From positions 70,016-134,015 of the forward strand of contig JAHBTW010000013.1 of the NCBI GenBank assembly GCA_019638385.1: a DNA stretch of 64,000 nt, written 5' to 3'. The DNA comes from Saprospiraceae bacterium (GTDB taxonomy: Bacteria > Bacteroidota > Bacteroidia > Chitinophagales > Saprospiraceae). Below the pieces are notes generated by a model. The model was given only the letters and a program-made list of their open reading frames with translations, did no database searches and was not told the DNA's origin. Position numbers and translations under genes: made by a program. The first letter of the stretch is position 1. Each line of letters begins with the position of its first letter. This document shows, piece by piece, positions 1 to 11,121 of the stretch.

Positions 1-2
1 AA

Positions 3-719
3 GGTGCGCGCATCATCGGCTTCGACATTGCCAGGCCGCAATCGTACCCCGGCTACTCCCTCGGCTCAGCCGATGAATTGGAGTCGCTGAAAACCGAAAT
101 TGAACAGGCCGGCGGGCAAGCGCTTATTTTTCAGGGAGATGTGCGCAGCGATGCCGATATCGCCAGGGCGGTGGACGGCGGCGTAGCGGCTTTCGGCAGC
201 ATTGATATTTTGTTCAACAATGCCGGCATCTGCGCTTACGGCCTGTCGCACGAGCTGCCCGAAACGGAGTGGGACGCCATGCTTGACATCAATCTTAAAG
301 GCCCCTGGATGGTGGCCCGGCGCATTATTCCCATCATGATAGCGCAGCGTTCGGGTGTCATTATCAACAACTCTTCCGTTGCCGGGCTGCGCGGCATGAA
401 TCGCCTGAGCCACTATGCCGCTTCGAAATGGGGCCTGACCGGCCTGACCAAATCCTGGGCCATCGAATTGGCGCCGCACAACATCCGCGCCATTTCCATC
501 CACCCCACCGGAGTAAATACCCCGATGAACGACGGCCTGGCCGCATTGGAGGGCCTGACGCCCAAAGAAGTAGCGGAGCGATCGGCCGGCAACCTCCTGC
601 CCGTGCCCTGGGTAGAAGCTGAAGACGTGGCCAAAGCAGTGGTGTTTCTCGCTTCCGATGACGCCCGCTATATCACCGGCTCGCAATTTGTGCTGGATGC
701 GGGGCTTTTGTCGCGGTGA
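3..719 (+). CDS. SDR-family oxidoreductase (short-chain dehydrogenase/reductase), 5' end cut by window edge
   Basis: The frame of ORF 78..719 stays open to the window edge. Classical SDR motifs are present: NNAG (LFNNAGI), catalytic Ser (NNSSVAG) and YxxxK (YAASK). Confidence 0.8.
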   Translation, partial: GARIIGFDIARPQSYPGYSLGSADELESLKTEIEQAGGQALIFQGDVRSDADIARAVDGGVAAFGSIDILFNNAGICAYGLSHELPETEWDAMLDINLKGPWMVARRIIPIMIAQRSGVIINNSSVAGLRGMNRLSHYAASKWGLTGLTKSWAIELAPHNIRAISIHPTGVNTPMNDGLAALEGLTPKEVAERSAGNLLPVPWVEAEDVAKAVVFLASDDARYITGSQFVLDAGLLSR

Positions 720-862
720 GAATAAAGACCGCCCGATCATTTTGAACCCTGCGGTACGAACCGTGTTATGTGGTGGTTGCCGAATCTTCCCGTTCAAAAT
801 ACCCGGCGCAATTTTGTTTATTGCGGCAATTAGCAGAATTTCGCCCGCAAAATGATCCGCAC

Positions 863-2107
863 ATGAGTATGGTAGAAGCGAAAGTACCCACGATAGGAGA
901 GTCCGTCACGGAGGTTACGTTGTCGAAATGGTTAAAACCCAATGGCGCTTATGTTACGCTTGACGAACCGATCTGCGAGTTTGAATCAGACAAAGCGACG
1001 CTCGAATTTCCTGCCGAAGCGTCGGGCATCCTCACCCACGTCGCCGAAGAAGGGCAAGACCTGGAAATCGGCGCATTGGTAGCTCGTATAGATACGAGCG
1101 CCGTGAAACCGGAAGCTGCTGCCCCCGCGCCGGCGCCCAAAGCAGAAACACCGGCTCCTGCTGCGCCGCCCGCCGCTGCGCCTGCTTCGCCGGTTGCCGC
1201 TACTTATGCGAGTGGTCACCCTTCTCCCGCAGCATCTAAAATATTGAAAGAAAACGATATAGCGCCCGCGGCGGTAGCCGGCACAGGCCGCGACGGCCGC
1301 ATCACCAAAGAGGATGCGCTAAAAGCCGCAGAGCAAAAACCGACGGCCCCGTCGCCCGCTCCCGCTCCTCCTGCTGCGCCGGCGCCGGTTGCGCATCAGG
1401 CGTTCAGCCGTGGAGAGGAGCGCAAAAAGATGAGCCGTATGCGGCGCACCATCGCCACCCGTTTGGTGAGGGCCAAAAACGAAACGGCCATGCTCACCAC
1501 CTTCAACGAGGTGGACCTGACCGAGGTAATGGCCCTGCGCGCTAAGTACAACGAGCGTTTCGAAAAGAAGTACGGTATCAAACTGGGCTTCATGTCGCTT
1601 TTTGCGAAAGCCTGCGCCAAAGTACTTATGGAAATGCCCGACGTGAATGCGCGCATCGAAGGCGACGAAGTCGTCTATCACGATTATGTGGATATTTCAA
1701 TCGCCATTTCCACGCCCAACGGCCTGGTGGTGCCTCCGGTACACAACGTGGAGTCGCTGAGCTTTGCCGACATTGAACTCAAAATCAAAGAACTCTCCGG
1801 CAAGGCTCGCAACGGCACGTTGTCTTTAGAAGAAATGCAGGGCGGCACTTTCACCATTACCAACGGCGGCGTATTCGGCTCGCTCATGAGCACGCCCATC
1901 CTCAACGAACCGCAATCGGCCATACTCGGCATGCACGCCATCAAGGAGCGTCCTATGGCTGTGAACGGGCAGGTCGTGATCCGGCCTATGATGTATTTGG
2001 CCCTGTCATATGATCACCGGGTGATAGACGGCAGTACGTCAGTCACCTTTTTGGTAAAAGTGAAAGAACTGCTCGAAGACCCGGGCGCGCTGTTGCTGGG
2101 GCTGTAG
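863..2107 (+). CDS. sucB: 2-oxoacid dehydrogenase E2 component, most like dihydrolipoyllysine-residue succinyltransferase
   Basis: N-terminal lipoyl domain ([12 protein letters not shown]), Ala/Pro-rich linkers, an E3-binding segment, and a C-terminal acyltransferase domain with DHRVIDG. ATG 863 is preferred over the GTG 770 of the ORF track. No E1 gene is adjacent. Confidence 0.8.
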   Translation: MSMVEAKVPTIGESVTEVTLSKWLKPNGAYVTLDEPICEFESDKATLEFPAEASGILTHVAEEGQDLEIGALVARIDTSAVKPEAAAPAPAPKAETPAPAAPPAAAPASPVAATYASGHPSPAASKILKENDIAPAAVAGTGRDGRITKEDALKAAEQKPTAPSPAPAPPAAPAPVAHQAFSRGEERKKMSRMRRTIATRLVRAKNETAMLTTFNEVDLTEVMALRAKYNERFEKKYGIKLGFMSLFAKACAKVLMEMPDVNARIEGDEVVYHDYVDISIAISTPNGLVVPPVHNVESLSFADIELKIKELSGKARNGTLSLEEMQGGTFTITNGGVFGSLMSTPILNEPQSAILGMHAIKERPMAVNGQVVIRPMMYLALSYDHRVIDGSTSVTFLVKVKELLEDPGALLLGL

Positions 2108-2136
2108 AATCGCGAGATACCTTTTTTGTAAAATGA

Positions 2137-2172
2137 CGAAGGCGCTGAGAATGGATGTTCTCAGCGCCTTCG
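2137..2172. terminator. Hairpin between convergent sucB and hppA (15-bp stem CGAAGGCGCTGAGAA/TTCTCAGCGCCTTCG)
   Basis: Perfect inverted repeat 2137-2151 / 2158-2172 with a 6-nt loop, placed between two convergent stop codons. Confidence 0.6.
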
Positions 2173-2196
2173 CGATTTTGGGGTAAAACCCCCGCA

Positions 2197-4377
<2,181 letters not shown>

Positions 4378-4598
4378 AATACAATTGATGTTTAAAGTGG
4401 TTTCTAAATACAAACAGGCGCTGCATGGCCTGCCCTGCTTTGTTTGCGGCTGCAAAGCTAATGGAAATTTAGCTTTTCGCAAAAATGCCCTCAAAATGGC
4501 ACAGCAGTTTATGCCCCTGAAATTTTATTGGCCACTTTCTGTTCCGGAACAATCCAAAACCGGCATTCAAACGTTTATTGCAAAAACTCATCGAGCAC

Positions 4599-5882
4599 AT
4601 GAATTGGAGAAGAATGATCGTACCCGCGCTGTTTTTGCTTTTCGCAGGGCAGGTACAAGCCGCTTATCTGCTCATCCCAATGGATGAAAAGGCACAAAAG
4701 AATCACCTCAAAGCCTACGGCATCACCTACTGGGTACTCGATCAGGGTGTAGAAGCCTGGTGGTTGCTCAATTACCGGGGCGGTAGTTTTGCATTCCAAC
4801 ACGACAAACGCTTCGAGCGCGAGTGCCTGACCCGCGGCGTGAGCTTCGAGGTCATCCCCGATGCGCAGTTCAACAAAATAGTGGCCGATATTTCCAATCA
4901 GGAAATCAATCAGGAGGTCGTTAAGCTGGAAGTTGCGCCCAAAATTGCCGTTTATACCCCCGACTTCAACGAACGAGGCGACCGCATCCAACCCTGGGAT
5001 GACGCCGTGACCCTCGTACTCACCTATGCCGAGATACCTTATGAAGAAGTGTATGACCGCGAGGTGATTGGCGACCAGTTGGCCAAATACGACTGGCTGC
5101 ACTTACACCACGAAGACTTCACCGGTCAATACGGGCGGTTTTATCGCTCTTACAGCAGCACCCACTGGTACCGCGAAAATGTGCGCCGTTCGGAAGAGTT
5201 GGCGCGCAGCCTCGGTTTCGATAAGGTGTCTCAACTGAAATTGGCCGTTGTGAAGCGGATCAGAGAGTACATCGGCGGTGGCGGATTCATGTTTGCCATG
5301 TGTTCGGCTACTGATACTTACGACATTGCCTTAGCGGCGGAAGGCGTGGACATCTGCGCCAATATTTACGATGGCGACCCGGCCGATCCCGCCGCCCAGC
5401 AGAAATTGGATTTTAGCAAAACGCTTGCCTTCCGCGATTTTACTTTGGTGAAAAACCCTCTGGAATACGAGTTTTCCAATATTGACCGCCCCGCCATGCC
5501 TTCCGTTGTTCCCGAGCAGGACTACTTCACACTCTTTGATTTCTCCGCCAAATGGGACCCCGTACCCACCATGCTCACTCAATGCCATACGCGTACGGTG
5601 AAAGGCTTTATGGGCCAAACCACGGCCTTCAAGCGGAACCTCATCAAGCCCGATGTGCTTGTCCTCGGCGAAAACAAACCGGCGTATGAGGCGCGTTACA
5701 TCCACGGAACTTTCGGGCAGGGCACCTGGACTTTTTACGGCGGCCACGACCCCGAAGACTACCGCCACTATGTGGAAGACCCGGATACCGACCTCAATCT
5801 GCATCCCAACTCGCCCGGCTATCGGCTCATTCTCAACAATATCCTCTTCCCCGCCGCAAAGAAAAAAGAACGCAAAACCTGA
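4599..5882 (+). CDS. Conserved secreted protein of unknown function (from memory, this family is often auto-annotated as asparagine synthetase B in Bacteroidota)
   Basis: Long ORF with a signal peptide (MNWRRMIVPALFLLFAGQVQA). The track start at 4578 is TTG, so ATG 4599 is preferred. The family recollection is not verified. Confidence 0.55.
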   Translation: MNWRRMIVPALFLLFAGQVQAAYLLIPMDEKAQKNHLKAYGITYWVLDQGVEAWWLLNYRGGSFAFQHDKRFERECLTRGVSFEVIPDAQFNKIVADISNQEINQEVVKLEVAPKIAVYTPDFNERGDRIQPWDDAVTLVLTYAEIPYEEVYDREVIGDQLAKYDWLHLHHEDFTGQYGRFYRSYSSTHWYRENVRRSEELARSLGFDKVSQLKLAVVKRIREYIGGGGFMFAMCSATDTYDIALAAEGVDICANIYDGDPADPAAQQKLDFSKTLAFRDFTLVKNPLEYEFSNIDRPAMPSVVPEQDYFTLFDFSAKWDPVPTMLTQCHTRTVKGFMGQTTAFKRNLIKPDVLVLGENKPAYEARYIHGTFGQGTWTFYGGHDPEDYRHYVEDPDTDLNLHPNSPGYRLILNNILFPAAKKKERKT

Positions 5883-5884
5883 TT

Positions 5885-5938
5885 TTTTTAGCTGCGAGCT
5901 GTGATTTTCTCCCACAGCTCGCAGTGCGCAGCTAAAAA
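5885..5938. repeat. REP-like palindromic element directly after the stop codon at 5882
   Basis: 12-bp stem CTGCGAGCTGTG (5892-5903) / CACAGCTCGCAG (5913-5924), extended by TTTTTAGC...GCTAAAAA. It shares a 19-nt head, TTTTAGCTRCGAGCTRTGA, with the element at 44513. There is no U-tail in either orientation. Confidence 0.6.
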
Positions 5939-5998
5939 CCGCTATTACCTGTGAGCACATTCACTCTCCCGACCACCGACACAAAAAGAAAAATAACC

Positions 5999-7147
5999 AT
6001 GTCATCTTCTGCCATGCGAATACTGCTCAGCCTGCTCCTTCTGGCAGGCGGCTTTGCCGGCGGTGTTGCCTGGAAAGGCCGTGCCGAGCAACCTCAATCA
6101 GAACTAGCCCAGCCGGCGGCAACCGACGACGCGGCAACCGACGATGCCGGGGCTGCCAACCTCGCGCCTGACAACAACCTGAATGCTGCCGAAATGGCCA
6201 CCATCCGCTTGTTTGAAAATGCGGCGCCTTCGGTGTGTTATATCACCACGACCAATGTGGGATACGATATTTTCACCCGCAATGCCACCGAAATTCCGGC
6301 AGGCACCGGCTCTGCTTTTGTATGGGATCGCAACGGCCATATTGTGACCAACTATCACGTTATTCGCAATGCCGACCGCGCCACCGTCACGCTCGCCGAC
6401 CGCAGTACCTGGCCGGCCCGCTTAGTGGGCAAAGCCCCGGAGAAAGACCTCGCCGTGCTCAAAATTGACGCGCCGGTAAGCGCTTTGCGCCCCATCCCCG
6501 TCGGCGCCTCCGACAACCTCCGCGTGGGGCAATCGGTATTTGCCATCGGCAACCCTTTTGGATTAGACCAAACACTCACCACCGGCATTGTGAGCGCCCT
6601 GGGCCGCGAGATACAATCGGTAGCCGGCGTTCCCATCCGCGATGTCATTCAAACCGATGCGGCCATCAATCCCGGCAATTCCGGCGGACCGCTGCTCAAC
6701 TCTTCCGGGCGGCTCATCGGCGTCAATACAGCCATTTACAGCCCTTCCGGCGCATCGGCCGGCATCGGGTTTTCCATTCCCGCCGATGTGGTTCAATGGG
6801 TGGTACCCGAACTGATTCGCTTCGGGCGCATCATGCGTCCCTCGCTTGGAGTGGAATTTGCGCGACAGTCGTTTGTGCAACGGCTCGGCCTGGAAGGCGC
6901 GCTCATCATTGATGTCATCAAAGGAGAAGCCGGCGACCGGGCCGGCATACGCCCCACGGTGCGCGAACGCAACGGAGCCATCCGGCTGGGTGATATCATC
7001 GTGGCGATCAACAAGGATAAAATTGCCTCTTACAGCGATGTGGTGCTGGCCTTGGAAAAGTATCAGCCCGGCCAAACGGTTCAACTGACCCTCTTGCGGG
7101 ACGGCAAAGAAATGACCGTGGATTTGCGCTTGGATGCTGCAAAGTAG
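5999..7147 (+). CDS. HtrA/DegP-family (S1C) serine protease with C-terminal PDZ domain
   Basis: Signal/TM segment, trypsin-fold catalytic triad context (TNYHV, DLAVLKI, GNSGGPL), and a PDZ-like C-terminal region. ATG 5999 is preferred over GTG 5951. Confidence 0.85.
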   Translation: MSSSAMRILLSLLLLAGGFAGGVAWKGRAEQPQSELAQPAATDDAATDDAGAANLAPDNNLNAAEMATIRLFENAAPSVCYITTTNVGYDIFTRNATEIPAGTGSAFVWDRNGHIVTNYHVIRNADRATVTLADRSTWPARLVGKAPEKDLAVLKIDAPVSALRPIPVGASDNLRVGQSVFAIGNPFGLDQTLTTGIVSALGREIQSVAGVPIRDVIQTDAAINPGNSGGPLLNSSGRLIGVNTAIYSPSGASAGIGFSIPADVVQWVVPELIRFGRIMRPSLGVEFARQSFVQRLGLEGALIIDVIKGEAGDRAGIRPTVRERNGAIRLGDIIVAINKDKIASYSDVVLALEKYQPGQTVQLTLLRDGKEMTVDLRLDAAK

Positions 7148-7161
7148 CGCATCTTTGCGCC

Positions 7162-7545
7162 ATGAGTACCCTGCTTCAATTTCTCCGGTTTTGCATCGTC
7201 GGCGCAGGCGGTATGGTAGTGGATTTCGGCGTCACGTTTCTGTTGAAAGAAAAATTCCGGCTCAATAAATATGCGGCCAATTCCATTGGATTCAGTCTGG
7301 CTGTTGTCAATAATTTTTTGTGGAACAAATACTGGACATTCCATGATCGCAGCGAGGAGGTGGGGATGCAGTTTCTGCTATTTCTCGCCATTTCCAGCGC
7401 GGGCCTGTTGCTCAACAACGGCGTTATTTACCTGCTGCTCAATCGTTGGAAGATGAACTTTTACCTCTCCAAATTTTTTGCCACCGGCGTAGTCACCGCA
7501 TGGAATTTTTTGGCCAATTACCAGTTTACTTTTCATGCGGGATAG
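7162..7545 (+). CDS. GtrA-family membrane protein
   Basis: 127 aa with 4 TM helices. The typical GtrA N-terminus is present (LLQFLRFCIVGAGGMVVDFGV) and the C-terminal segment reads NFLANYQFTF. Confidence 0.75.
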   Translation: MSTLLQFLRFCIVGAGGMVVDFGVTFLLKEKFRLNKYAANSIGFSLAVVNNFLWNKYWTFHDRSEEVGMQFLLFLAISSAGLLLNNGVIYLLLNRWKMNFYLSKFFATGVVTAWNFLANYQFTFHAG

Positions 7546-7560
7546 CGGGGCTACCGGGCA

Positions 7561-7860
7561 TTTTTTGTTTCACGCAACGCCGCAACGCTCGCAACGTTCA
7601 ATCTTTTTTGTTTCACGCAACGCCGCAACGCTCGCAACGTTCAATCTTTTTTATTTCACGCAACGCCGCAACGCTCGCAACGTTCAATCTTTTTTATTTC
7701 ACGCAACGTCGCAACGCTCGCAACGTTCAATCTTTTTTATTTCACGCAACGTCGCAACACTCGCAACGTTCAATCTTTTTTATTTCACGCAACGTCGCAA
7801 CACTCGCAACGTTCAATCTTTTTTATTTCACGCAACGCCGCAACGCTCGCAACGTTCAAT
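7561..7860. repeat. Tandem direct repeat, 7 copies of a 43-bp unit TTTTTTRTTTCACGCAACGYCGCAACRCTCGCAACGTTCAATC
   Basis: Copies counted directly at 7561, 7604, 7647, 7690, 7733, 7776 and 7819. Only 3 positions vary. There are no spacers. Confidence 0.95.
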
Positions 7861-7870
7861 AAGACTCTTA

Positions 7871-7893
7871 ATGCCTAAAAGCGAGGCATTTTT
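7871..7893 (+). terminator. Small hairpin plus T-run downstream of the repeat array
   Basis: ATGCCT aaaagcg AGGCAT followed by TTTT. This is the first terminator-like structure after the gtrA stop. Confidence 0.4.
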
Positions 7894-7936
7894 GCAGCGC
7901 TGTGTGAAAAATGTATAGTGTATGAGTAATATGGGT

Positions 7937-9418
7937 TCATTTACTCCGTCTTTTTTCAAGAATCCCTTTAAGCGTACTAAGCCCCGGCAACAACAACCCT
8001 GCCGCCGCAATTCCCATAAACCCCAAAGAAATAATCAACTCATGCAATGGGGCCGTCGCGCCCGCCCAACCGATCGTCACGGTGATGATCAGGCAAAACG
8101 AGCTGAATGCCAGCAGGCGAAGGATGATTTTTTTGTCCGGCCCGATACCGAGTTCTTTGCGCAAGAGATACAATTCGCCGCCGAACACAGCAAACTGGGT
8201 AATGCAGGTGGCTACTGCCGCGCCCCATGCCTGCCCGCGGGGAATGAGCAGGGCATTGAGCGATATGTTCAACACCAAACCGCCGGCAAACAGCACATTG
8301 AGGCGCTTCAGGCTTTCATTGGCCGTGAGCAGGGTGCCATACACATACATGCCGCACACCGGGATGAAACTCCACATCAGCACGCCCAGCACCCAACCGT
8401 AATAGGCATCGCCCCGATGATACAGCAGGCGCATGATGTCCTCTCCGTACCACCAGCAACACAAGGCTAAGGGCAGCGCGCAGGCAAATAATAACGAGAA
8501 GCTGAAATGCGCCATATCTTCGACGCGCTCGCCGGTTTTCAGCATGCGGGCAAAAATGGGCAGGAGCAGCCCCGCGAACAAAAACCCGATGATATTGGCC
8601 GCGTCTAAGAGTCGGTAAGCAGCCGCATAAATACTCGCTTCCACCGGACCGTCGGGCAGGAGCTTTTCAATCATCACGGCATCCACGCGGGTATAAACCG
8701 TCATGAGAAACACCGCGAGCGCATAAGGGAAACTGCGGCGGAAAAACACCCGCAAAAAGGCCGGTCGAAGCCGAAACTGCCACTGCCCCAGACGACCGTG
8801 CAGCACACCGAATGCAATAACCGCCGTGGCGACCAGCGCTGCCGTTTGCGCCCACACGAAGTATTCGATACGAAATTGCGCCCGCATCGCCGGCAGCCAC
8901 AGCAATGCCCCGCATACGATTATCACCAGCAGCCGGTCGAGCGCCGAGAGCACGCTGTCTATGCGGTACATGCCCAGGCCCGCCACATTGGAGCGCAGGA
9001 AGAGCACCAGAGAAGTGAGCGCCTGATTCAGGCATATAACCCAAAGCAGGCCGTTGTGCCAGGGAGCGTGGCCCCATATTGCAGACACGACAAACACCAG
9101 TACGGCAAACGCAAGGCTGAGCGCCGCCTTCAGCGCCAGCAGATTCGGAAAGTATTTGCGGAGTAAATGCCGGTGCTGGGAGAGGTTGCGGCTGTTGTAA
9201 TAGGCAATACCGAAGTCGTTGACAATTTGAAACAGCCACACAAAATTGAACAGCGCGAAGTAGTAGCCGTAGTCGCCGGGCGGCAGCACATTTTGTACCG
9301 TGCGATCAATGCCGAAAATGTACAACGGCTTGATCAGCAAATTGATGCCGATGAGAAAAACGATATTGATCAGAAACTCCCGCTTCATGGCCGGCAATTT
9401 CCGCATTTTTATGGCCAA
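7937..9418 (-). CDS. Oligosaccharide/polysaccharide flippase (MOP/Wzx family)
   Basis: 493 aa with about 12-14 TM helices. The N-terminal region is typical of polysaccharide biosynthesis / Wzx-like proteins. Confidence 0.7.
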   Translation of the reverse strand: MAIKMRKLPAMKREFLINIVFLIGINLLIKPLYIFGIDRTVQNVLPPGDYGYYFALFNFVWLFQIVNDFGIAYYNSRNLSQHRHLLRKYFPNLLALKAALSLAFAVLVFVVSAIWGHAPWHNGLLWVICLNQALTSLVLFLRSNVAGLGMYRIDSVLSALDRLLVIIVCGALLWLPAMRAQFRIEYFVWAQTAALVATAVIAFGVLHGRLGQWQFRLRPAFLRVFFRRSFPYALAVFLMTVYTRVDAVMIEKLLPDGPVEASIYAAAYRLLDAANIIGFLFAGLLLPIFARMLKTGERVEDMAHFSFSLLFACALPLALCCWWYGEDIMRLLYHRGDAYYGWVLGVLMWSFIPVCGMYVYGTLLTANESLKRLNVLFAGGLVLNISLNALLIPRGQAWGAAVATCITQFAVFGGELYLLRKELGIGPDKKIILRLLAFSSFCLIITVTIGWAGATAPLHELIISLGFMGIAAAGLLLPGLSTLKGILEKRRSK

Positions 9419-9427
9419 TGCAGCGAC

Positions 9428-10189
9428 TTATTGCTTGAAAACCTTCCGGCCCCACAGCAGCACCTGAAATCCATATGCCCCCAGCCAGTCGAGCAACGCG
9501 GCGAAAGACAAGGCGCCCAGCGCGGCATACGGCTTCACCATCCGTAGGTTGATGGCAAAAAACTCATAACATACGAAGTCGGCTACCACAAAAACCGTAT
9601 GGATACAAAACAGCAGGAAAAACAGCTTGAGCAAATTGCGGAGGTAAAACACCAATTTGGCTTCGGCGCGGTTGTGCAATTCCTTCGACTTGCGCCGCAC
9701 ATAGCGATAGGCGAAATACAGGTATGCAAAAAAGGTGCTCAGGTACAGGGTCTGCTCGAATGCGCCGAAAAACGGATTGAAAAACCGCCGTCCGTATTCG
9801 CTTTTGTAATCTGTATCGGTAAAAAACATCCATACGAAAAACAGCAGTTGGAGGAGCGGCAAAGCGAAGTGCTTCATGTCCGTCCAACGCAGCCGGTAAG
9901 CGGGATAAAGGGATAGTTTCACATGGTAAAACAGCAGTGGCGGCAAAGCCAATGTGAAGTATATCGGCAGGAAATGCAGTTCAGGAAATTTCAAAAAAAC
10001 GCCTGTGAGCGTGAGCAGTGCGTTCAACAAAGTGCATCCGAATGCGAGCAACAACAGGCCGTAGAAGGCATTGGCACGCCGGTCGCCGGAACGTTTGAAA
10101 AAAAACAAAAAACCGATCATCAACCCTTGGGCCATGCTTAATGCCATGACGGCTAAGAACAAATAATATAAGATGGTTTCCAGGTTCAT
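9428..10189 (-). CDS. Polytopic membrane protein of unknown function, probably co-transcribed with the flippase
   Basis: 253 aa with about 7 hydrophobic helices. The gap to the downstream flippase start is 9 nt. Confidence 0.6.
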   Translation of the reverse strand: MNLETILYYLFLAVMALSMAQGLMIGFLFFFKRSGDRRANAFYGLLLLAFGCTLLNALLTLTGVFLKFPELHFLPIYFTLALPPLLFYHVKLSLYPAYRLRWTDMKHFALPLLQLLFFVWMFFTDTDYKSEYGRRFFNPFFGAFEQTLYLSTFFAYLYFAYRYVRRKSKELHNRAEAKLVFYLRNLLKLFFLLFCIHTVFVVADFVCYEFFAINLRMVKPYAALGALSFAALLDWLGAYGFQVLLWGRKVFKQ

Positions 10190-10384
10190 CGGGCAAGTTT
10201 GCGCGCATTGATGGACGCGAATGCAAACTTACAAAAAAGCCGCAAGCGCCGCTTCGCACAACCGATAGCCGATACATTAACATCGGCTTAACGAGCGTTT
10301 TCGCCGATAAGGCGTTTAGCATCTGTCGGAAAATAGTTTGTCATTTCTGACGGAGTTCGTTTATACAAACCAATATAACTTGCC

Positions 10385-11107
10385 ATGTTGAAAATTATGA
10401 CCACGATCGCAGCGGCTCTGCTGCTCACCGTTGCACTGCCCGCGCAGGGACTGAAGGACATTATGAATAAGGCCAAATCTCAGGTGACCGGCAGCCTCTC
10501 TCAGGATGAGATCGGCTCGGCCCTCAAAGAGGCGCTCAACAACGGCGTCGGCGAAGCGGTAAGCTTTCTATCCACGCCCGACGGCTACTACAAGAGCATT
10601 TACAAAGTACTCTTGCCCGAAGAAGCCCAACAAGTAACCGCCAAGCTCAAAGCCGTTCCGGGATTTGAAAATGTAGAAGACCAACTCATCGAGAAGATGA
10701 ACCGCGCCGCCGAGGATGCCGCCGCACAAGCCAAGCCCATTTTCCTCAGCGCCATCAAGCAGATGACCTTTCAGGATGCCATGAACCTGCTAATGGGCGA
10801 AAAGGACGCAGCCACCCGCTATTTGGATCGCACCACTTCCGATCAGCTCTACAACGCATTCAAACCGATCATTGTGGAGGCATTGGACAAAGTGAATGCC
10901 CGCGAATACTGGCGCGGCGCCGTAACGGCCTACAACCGCATCCCGCTCGTGAAGAAGACCAACCCGGAGTTGGACGACCACGTCACGCGTATGGCGTTGG
11001 TCGGCCTGTTTGCATTGGTGGAAAAGAAAGAAGCGGACATCCGCGCTAATCCGGCTGCCCGCTCCTCTGAGCTGCTCAAAAAAGTGTTTGCCAAGCAGGA
11101 CAAGTAA
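10385..11107 (+). CDS. DUF4197-family secreted protein
   Basis: Signal peptide followed by blocks remembered from DUF4197 (LSQDEIGSALKEAL, MNRAAEDAA, IRANPAARSSELLKKVF). Confidence 0.65.
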   Translation: MLKIMTTIAAALLLTVALPAQGLKDIMNKAKSQVTGSLSQDEIGSALKEALNNGVGEAVSFLSTPDGYYKSIYKVLLPEEAQQVTAKLKAVPGFENVEDQLIEKMNRAAEDAAAQAKPIFLSAIKQMTFQDAMNLLMGEKDAATRYLDRTTSDQLYNAFKPIIVEALDKVNAREYWRGAVTAYNRIPLVKKTNPELDDHVTRMALVGLFALVEKKEADIRANPAARSSELLKKVFAKQDK

Positions 11108-11121
11108 GCCAATAATTCAGC

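Noticed and set aside
863-2107. Orphan E2 (no adjacent E1/sucA) as a sign of a novel complex
   Set aside because: The window begins only 860 bp upstream and E1/E3 genes can be encoded elsewhere. The evidence is insufficient to call it unusual.
7561-7860. Possible CRISPR array
   Set aside because: The units abut directly with no unique spacers, the repeat has no palindromic core, and no cas genes are present in the window.
7446-7918. ORFs 7446..7862 and 7535..7918 with repetitive peptides (FHATPQRSQRSIFF...)
   Set aside because: They are translations of the 43-bp tandem DNA repeat. Because 43 is not a multiple of 3, the peptide periodicity is an artefact. There is no start context or family resemblance.
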